A DNA stretch of 64,000 nucleotides from an uncultured delta proteobacterium (GTDB lineage: Bacteria; Desulfobacterota; Desulfuromonadia; Desulfuromonadales; JACZKF01). A program made the position numbers and the translations under genes. The notes below the pieces were generated by a model that made no database searches, was not told where the DNA came from, and was given only the letters and a program-made list of their open reading frames with translations. Positions 58,345-64,000 of this stretch are shown piece by piece. Numbering within the stretch: the first letter of the stretch is position 1; each line of letters starts with the position of its first letter. The DNA lies in NCBI GenBank assembly GCA_963816395.1, contig CAWFKQ010000008.1:155113-219112 (forward strand). The letters are read 5' to 3'.

Positions 58345-59185
58345 ATGGAAACAAAGCTGGTGGTTTTCAAGGACAAGAAAATCAGGCGGACGCTGCACAA
58401 TGAAGAATGGTGGTTTTCGGTAGCCGATGTGGTCGAGGCTTTGACGGATAGCTCCGACCCGCGTCAATACATCAAGCAGGATGCGGCAACGCGATCCGGC
58501 GTTGAATTCCAACTGGGGTACAATTTGTACCCCCCTTGAATTGCTCGCTCCGGATGGGAAACGAAGGACAACCAACTGCGCCAATACCGAAGGCCTCTTC
58601 CGCATCATCCAGTCCATACCTTCCCCCAAGGCCGAGCCGTTCAAACGTTGGCTGGCCAAGGTCGGTTACGAGCGGGTGCAGGAGATCGAAAACCCGGAAC
58701 TGGCAACCGCCCGCACGCGGGAGCTCTATCGCGCCAAGGGCTATTCGGAAGCGTGGATCGAAAAGCGGATGCGCGGCATCGCCGTGCGAGCCGAACTGAC
58801 CGAGGAGTGGAAGCAGCGCGGGGTGGGCGATGCGCCGGAGTACGCCATCCTCACCGCCGAGATCAGCAAGGCCGCTTTCGGCATGACGCCAGCGGAGTAC
58901 AAGGAGTACAAGGGACTGCAGCGGGAGAATCTGCGTGACCACATGACCGATCTGGAGCTGATCTTCTCCATGCTCGGCGAGGCGGCGACGACCGAGATCG
59001 CCCGCAAGCAGGACGCGCAAGGCTTCGGCGAAAACAGGGTGGCGGCGCACAAAGGCGGCCGGATCGCCGGGGAGGCGCGGGAGAAACTGGAGCTGGAAAC
59101 CGGCGAGAAGGTGGTGACGGCGGAGAATTACCTGACCGAGCCGGAAAACAGGAAACGGTTGAAACGGAAGAGAAACTCTTTGTGA
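58345..59185 (+). CDS. Bro-N domain (antirepressor-like) protein; one frameshift near 58478
   Basis: IRR...WWFSVADVV, RIIQSIPSPKAEPFKRWLA, ENLRDHMTDLEL, GGRIAG. Confidence 0.85.
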
Positions 59186-59250
59186 ACGGAGGTTTTTGAC
59201 CAAGAGTTATCAAAACAACCGGAAGGCGCGGTCTTCCAAGCATTGAGACT

Positions 59251-60987
59251 ATGGTCAAATCAGCCATGGAGACGGGCAATGGAAGTCCAGGGGGAAAAGG
59301 CGCGGTTACAGGGTTACGGGACGATCTGCCACCGATCCCGGTGCGCATGCTTAACGAGTACGTCTACTGCCCGCGCCTCGGCTACCTGATGTGGGTGCAG
59401 GGGGAGTTCGCCCCCAGCGCCGACACCGTGGACGGGGTCATCAAGCACCGGCGGGTGGACAAAAAAGGGGGCGATCTGCCGGAACTCCCGAAGAGGAGAC
59501 AAGCATCCATGCCCGATCGGTCAGCCTCGGTTCCGAACGCCTCGGCATCGTCGCCAAGATGGACCTGGTCGAGGGGGAGGGGCAGCATGGTCGCCCCGGT
59601 CGACTACAAGCGCGGCAAGCGGCCGCATGTGGCCGGCGGGGTCTGGGACCCGGAGCGGGTGCAGCTCTGCGCCCAGGGATTGCTGCTGCGGGAACACGGC
59701 TATGTCTGCGAGGAGGGGTGCGCTCTACTTCGTCGCCTCCCGCGAGCGGGTGCCGGTCGTCTTCGATGGGCCGCTGGTCGAGCTGACCGAACGGGCCATC
59801 GCAGGCTTCAGGGAGATTGCAGTTAAGGGGGAAATCCCCCCGCCGCTGGAGGACAGTCCCAAATGCCCGCGCTGTTCCCTGGTCGGCATCTGCCTTCCGG
59901 ACGAGATTCGCTTCCTGACCCGGTCGCCGGTTGAGCCGCGGCCGATCTTTCCGGCGAGTGAAAAGGGGCTGCCGCTCTACGTTCAGTCGCCGCGGGCCTA
60001 CGTGCGCAAGGACGGCGAGCGGCTGATCGATCGAGGTGGAGAAGGAGAAGGTCGCCGAGGCGCGCTTCGGCGAGACCTCCCAGGTGGTCCTGTTCGGCAA
60101 TGCAATCCTGACCACCGCCGCACTCCACGAATGCCTGCGGCGGGAGATTCCGGTGACTTGGCTCTCCTACGGCGGCTGGTTCCTGGGGCACACCGTCGGC
60201 ACCGGCCATCGCAACGTCGAGACCCGCACCGCTCAGTACGCGCGCAGTTTCGAGCGAGCAGACCTGCCTGGTGCTGGCGCGGCGCTGGGTGGCGGCCAAG
60301 ATCGCCAACTGCCGCGACCTGCTGCGTCGCAACTGGCGGGGGGACGGGGAAGGCGAGGACAAAGCGCCGGCCGAACTGCTGCTGGCGCTGCAGCAGGATA
60401 TAAAGCACGCCCTGCGGGCGCCTTCGCTGGAGGTCCTGCTGGGGATCGAGGGGAGCCGCCGCCGGGCGTTACTTCGCGCATTTCGGCCGGCCTGCTGCAG
60501 TGGCGGCCCGGATCTGGCTTCGACTTCAACGGCCGCAACCGCCGGCCGCCGCGGGACCCGGTCAACGCTCTGCTCTCTTTCGCCTATGCCATGCTGACCC
60601 GGGAATGGACGGTGGCCCTGGCGGCGGTGGGTCTCGACCCGTACCGCGGCTTCTATCACCAGCCCCGCTTCGGCCGTCCGGCGCTGGCCCTGGACATGAT
60701 GGAGCCGTTTCGCCCGCTGCTCGGCTGACTTCGACGGTGCTGACGGCGATCAACAACGGCGAGGTCAGCCCGGCGATTTCGTCCATGCGGCCGGCAGCTG
60801 CAATCTGACCGATACCGGCCGCAAGAAGTTCATCGCCGCCTTCGAGCGCCGCCTGGGGCAGGAGGTGACCCATCCGATTTTCAAGTACCGGATCAGCTAC
60901 CGTCGCCTGCTCGAGGTCCAGGCGCGTCTGCTGATCCGCTACCTGGCCGGCGAGATTCCCAGCTACCCGAATTTCGTAACGAGGTAG
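59251..60987 (+). CDS. cas1: Cas4-Cas1 fusion (multiple frameshifts)
   Basis: [19 protein letters not shown] and [11 protein letters not shown] (Cas4 Fe-S); [26 protein letters not shown] and ALDMMEPFR (Cas1); ends at TAG 60987. Confidence 0.9.
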
Positions 60988-60990
60988 GGA

Positions 60991-61278
60991 ATGGACCATC
61001 TCTACATCGTCAGCTACGATATCGGCCACCCACGGCGCTGGCGGCGGGTATTCAAGAAAATGCACGGGTACGGCGAATGGCTGCAGCTCTCGGTCTTTCA
61101 ATGCCGGTTGGGAAAGATCCGGGCTCTGCAGATGGAAGCGGAGTTGCACGAGCTGGTGAATCACGCCGAGGACCACGTGCTGATCGTCGATCTCGGCCCG
61201 GCGGAAAACGTTCAGCCACGGGTGCACAGCATCGGCAAGTCCTTTGCACCCGTTGCGCACGAGTCTGTCATCGTGTAA
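60991..61278 (+). CDS. cas2: Cas2
   Basis: YIVSYDI...RWRRVFK...GEWLQLSVFQC. Confidence 0.93.
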   Translation: MDHLYIVSYDIGHPRRWRRVFKKMHGYGEWLQLSVFQCRLGKIRALQMEAELHELVNHAEDHVLIVDLGPAENVQPRVHSIGKSFAPVAHESVIV

Positions 61279-61483
61279 AACGGTTGCCGTCCTCCGGCGA
61301 GCGGTCCTGTGATGCGCCAGAGGCCGGGAGCGCTCGACGCAAGCTAAGGTACTATAAACTTTAAGAAAGGAGGTGACGAGAGACTGCTCTGGGCAGCAAC
61401 AAATGTGTGCAAGAAGAGATGGGCGCCCAACCGCTCGCAATTTGGGCCGCAAACCGGAAAAAAGCAGGGGCTGACGCGAGACT
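61279..61483 (+). promoter_or_regulatory. CRISPR leader
   Basis: Non-coding gap between cas2 and repeat 1 with inverted motifs GCGAGCGGT (61297-61305), GCGCTCG (61330-61336) and ACCGCTCGC (61430-61438), plus an AT-rich core. Confidence 0.7.
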
Positions 61484-62613
61484 GTTTTCCGGGGTGATCA
61501 TGCCCCGGCCTTATTGAAGCAGATCGTCAATCAGCGCGTTCGCCTGCTCGCAGGAAATGCGTTTTCCGGGGTGATCATGCCCCGGCCTTATTGAAGCAAC
61601 GGATCGACCAACGTGGACATGCGCGCAGGTCGATCGTTTTCCGGGGTGATCATGCCCCGGCCTTATTGAAGCGTCGACGCCGGCGACCTGGCGAAGGTGC
61701 GGCCGGTTTTCCGGGGTGATCATGCCCCGGCCTTATTGAAGCCAAGCGGCTGGGGTGTGTCGGTTGCCCGATGGGCGGCGTTTTCCGGGGTGATCATGCC
61801 CCGGCCTTATTGAAGCAGGGTGAGGGCGCTGACCTTGAGGCTGCGGATTCCGTTTTCCGGGGTGATCATGCCCCGGCCTTATTGAAGCTTCGTCGACAAA
61901 TACCATGGCGAGCAAAAACGCCAAGGTTTTCCGGGGTGATCATGCCCCGGCCTTATTGAAGCGGGACGTCCTCCGCCTCAATCTCTTTAACCCACGTTTT
62001 CCGGGGTGATCATGCCCCGGCCTTATTGAAGCACGTTGTCGATGCGCAGGTTCGCCACATCGTTGATCGTTTTCCGGGGTGATCATGCCCCGGCCTTATT
62101 GAAGCGCGGCTCGTCGCGCTGGTCTGCCGCCTGGCTGGAGTTTTCCGGGGTGATCATGCCCCGGCCTTATTGAAGCATCTCCTTCTTCTCCCGCGCCTTA
62201 GGAGCATTTCGGGTTTTCCGGGGTGATCATGCCCCGGCCTTATTGAAGCAAGTGGACGATGGAGAACAACCTGACGGCGGCGTCGTTTTCCGGGGTGATC
62301 ATGCCCCGGCCTTATTGAAGCGACTTCTCTCAGTCAAGCAATACCTCAAGCCTTGCGTTTTCCGGGGTGATCATGCCCCGGCCTTATTGAAGCAGCATCT
62401 CTGGGTTTCTCGTCTCAAGATCGAAGACGAGTTTTCCGGGGTGATCATGCCCCGGCCTTATTGAAGCTATCCTACATAACAGAGAATCATCAATTCAAAC
62501 GTCGTTTTCCGGGGTGATCATGCCCCGGCCTTATTGAAGCACCTTACTTGAAAATTTGGCCTTCAGAGCAGCATAAGTTTTCCGGGGTGATCATGCCCCG
62601 GCCTTATTGAAGC
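61484..62613 (+). CRISPR. Type I-G CRISPR array, 16 identical 37-nt repeats and 15 spacers (33-40 nt)
   Basis: Repeat GTTTTCCGGGGTGATCATGCCCCGGCCTTATTGAAGC with CCGGGG/CCCCGG stem, counted directly. Confidence 0.98.
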
Positions 62614-62636
62614 TCGGGTTTATAATGAAGCAGAAG

Positions 62637-63169
62637 ATGGAACCGATTTTGCCGCCGCTCAAACCTATCCCGATGAAGGACCGCGTTTCCGTCCTCTTCC
62701 TTGAGCGCGGCCAGCTTGACGTTCTCAACGGCGCCTTCGTGTTGGTCGACAAGACCGGGGTGCGCACCCACATTCCCGTCGGCGGCGTCGTCTGCATGAT
62801 GCTGGAGCCGGGGATCCGGGTGTCGCATGCCGCCGTGACCCTCGCTTCCCGGGTCGGTTGCCTCCTGGTCTGGGTGGGCGAGGCGGGGGTGCGGCTTTAC
62901 GCTTCCGGGCAACCTGGAGGGGCGCGGGCGGACCGGCTTCTCTATCAGGCGAAGCTGGCACTGGATGATGCGGCGCGGCTCAAGGTCGTGCGCAAGATGT
63001 ACGAGCTGCGTTTCAAGGAAAAACCACCCGAGAGGCGTAGTGTCGTGCAACTGCGGGGGATCGAGGGGGCGCGGGTGCGCAAGATGTACGAACTGCTCGC
63101 CCGGCAGTACCAAGGTCAACTGGCGGGCGAGCAATTACGACCACTCCGAATGGGGGAGCGCGACATCCG
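62637..63169 (+). pseudogene. cas1: Truncated type I-E Cas1 (N-terminal ~175 aa)
   Basis: PIPMKDRVS...RTHIPVG...LEPG.RVSHAAV...WVGEAGVRLYASGQPGGARADRLLYQAKLALD...QLRGIEGARVR closely resembles E. coli Cas1; similarity stops after NYDHSEWGS; no C-terminal catalytic His/Asp region. Confidence 0.88.
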
Positions 63170-63201
63170 GGGTGCAGGCCTTTCACCAGGGGATCTCCAA
63201 C

Positions 63202-63230
63202 ATGTTCCCCGCGCAGGCGGGGATGAACCG
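63202..63230 (+). CRISPR. Single type I-E repeat (array remnant)
   Basis: ATGTTCCCCGCGCAGGCGGGGATGAACCG, 29 nt, matching the I-E pattern GTGTTCCCCGCG...GCGGGGATRAACCG. Confidence 0.85.
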
Positions 63231-63300
63231 CGGTCAGGCCGGAAGGTCATGTGTCGCAAATTTAGGAAATCGGGCGGGTTGAAATCGCAGAAGGCGGATC

Positions 63301-63636
63301 TCAGTCGATAATTTCGTTCAGCCCCTCCACCACCTGCGCCACTTCCTCGTGGCTGGCTTCGGCGATGCGGTCACCGATGCGTTCGACGGCTAAGGTGCGG
63401 ATCTGGCTGATTTTGATCCACGATTGTTTTGGGAGGGCAGGGGAGGCGAGTTCAATAGTGAGGGGAAAACCAGCTCGCTGGGGCTGGCTGGTGATGGCGA
63501 CGGCGATCACCGTCCCCGAACGGGCATTGAAGACTTCATGGCTGAGAATGAGCACCGGCCGCCGGCCGCCCTGCTCGCTGCCGCGTACCGGGTTGAGGTC
63601 GGCCCAGCGGATCTCGCCTCTCAGTATTCGGGCCAT
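63301..63636 (-). CDS. MazF/PemK family toxin
   Basis: [27 protein letters not shown]...VAITS...QIRTL. Confidence 0.92.
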   Translation of the reverse strand: MARILRGEIRWADLNPVRGSEQGGRRPVLILSHEVFNARSGTVIAVAITSQPQRAGFPLTIELASPALPKQSWIKISQIRTLAVERIGDRIAEASHEEVAQVVEGLNEIID

Positions 63637-63860
63637 TCGGCGAGGGCCTCCATGTCTTCTTCAGCGAGGGATTTTTCAAAGGCAGGGTCGAGCTTAGCGC
63701 ACTCCTGCGCCAGGCGGTTCCGTGTCATCCGGCTGAGTTTTTCCTGAAGGGCTTCTTCAATGATGCGGCTGCGGTTGGGGACCACCCGGCGGGCGACCAG
63801 CCGGTCGACCTCCTGCAGGGTCTTTTCATCGAGCGATATGGCTATTTTAGTTTTTGGCAT
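63621..63860 (-). CDS. Ribbon-helix-helix (CopG-like) antitoxin
   Basis: KIAISLDE...[10 protein letters not shown]; acidic C-terminus; overlaps the toxin start. Confidence 0.85.
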   Translation of the reverse strand: MPKTKIAISLDEKTLQEVDRLVARRVVPNRSRIIEEALQEKLSRMTRNRLAQECAKLDPAFEKSLAEEDMEALAEWPEY

Positions 63861-63881
63861 AACGATCTCCATGGGGCTTCA

Positions 63882-63917
63882 GGTATGACGATATGTCATA
63901 CCGATGGCCGTTGTCAA
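63882..63917 (-). promoter_or_regulatory. TA promoter with palindromic operator
   Basis: Minus-strand TTGACA (63917-63912), 18 nt, TATCGT; overlapped by perfect GGTATGAC-N5-GTCATACC (63882-63902). Confidence 0.7.
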
Positions 63918-64000
63918 GGCGCTCTTCAGGTGAAATGCCGATCGAATGGGTGAGGGGGCGCCTGATGGGCGTATCGAGAGGATGCTATTTCCGCGCAACC

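Noticed and set aside
61521..62576. Self-targeting spacers within the window
   Set aside because: None noticed by eye, but an exhaustive alignment could not be run.
63170..63201. Remnant I-E spacer targeting the TA promoter (11/13 match to the minus strand of 63927-63939)
   Set aside because: The match lies outside the seed, the first seven positions mismatch and no I-E Cascade is encoded here. Likely chance.

Overview
GC-rich bacterial window. Gene content and repeat families suggest a Desulfuromonadales/Geobacterales-like deltaproteobacterium (inference). Many genes carry small indels, most likely long-read consensus errors. 1-50 kb holds: the 3' part of a type I restriction hsdR with a downstream zinc metallopeptidase; a DEAD-box helicase and cvfB; a SorAB-like molybdoenzyme/cytochrome c pair; M16 peptidases; an isolated hypF coupled to a two-component/sigma-54 module driving a HAF-repeat lipoprotein; c-di-GMP signalling genes; pfkA, lon and Fe-SOD; and a HAD-UbiA/SMR/polytopic membrane protein glycosylation-like triplet. 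Several families of small intergenic repeats are scattered through this part. 50-64 kb is a defence locus: WYL regulator, complete type I-G (I-U) CRISPR-Cas (cas3, cas8g/csx17, cas7/csb1, csb2, inserted Bro-N gene, cas4-cas1, cas2) and a 16-repeat/15-spacer array. The array is followed 23 nt later by a truncated type I-E cas1 that runs into a 32-nt spacer-sized segment and a single type I-E repeat, then a MazF/PemK-type toxin-antitoxin pair. Best leads: the I-G/I-E chimeric CRISPR locus, a DriD/PafBC-like activator-type WYL site in front of cas3, and a possible polyprenyl-phospho-ribose three-component glycosylation system lacking DprE1/E2.
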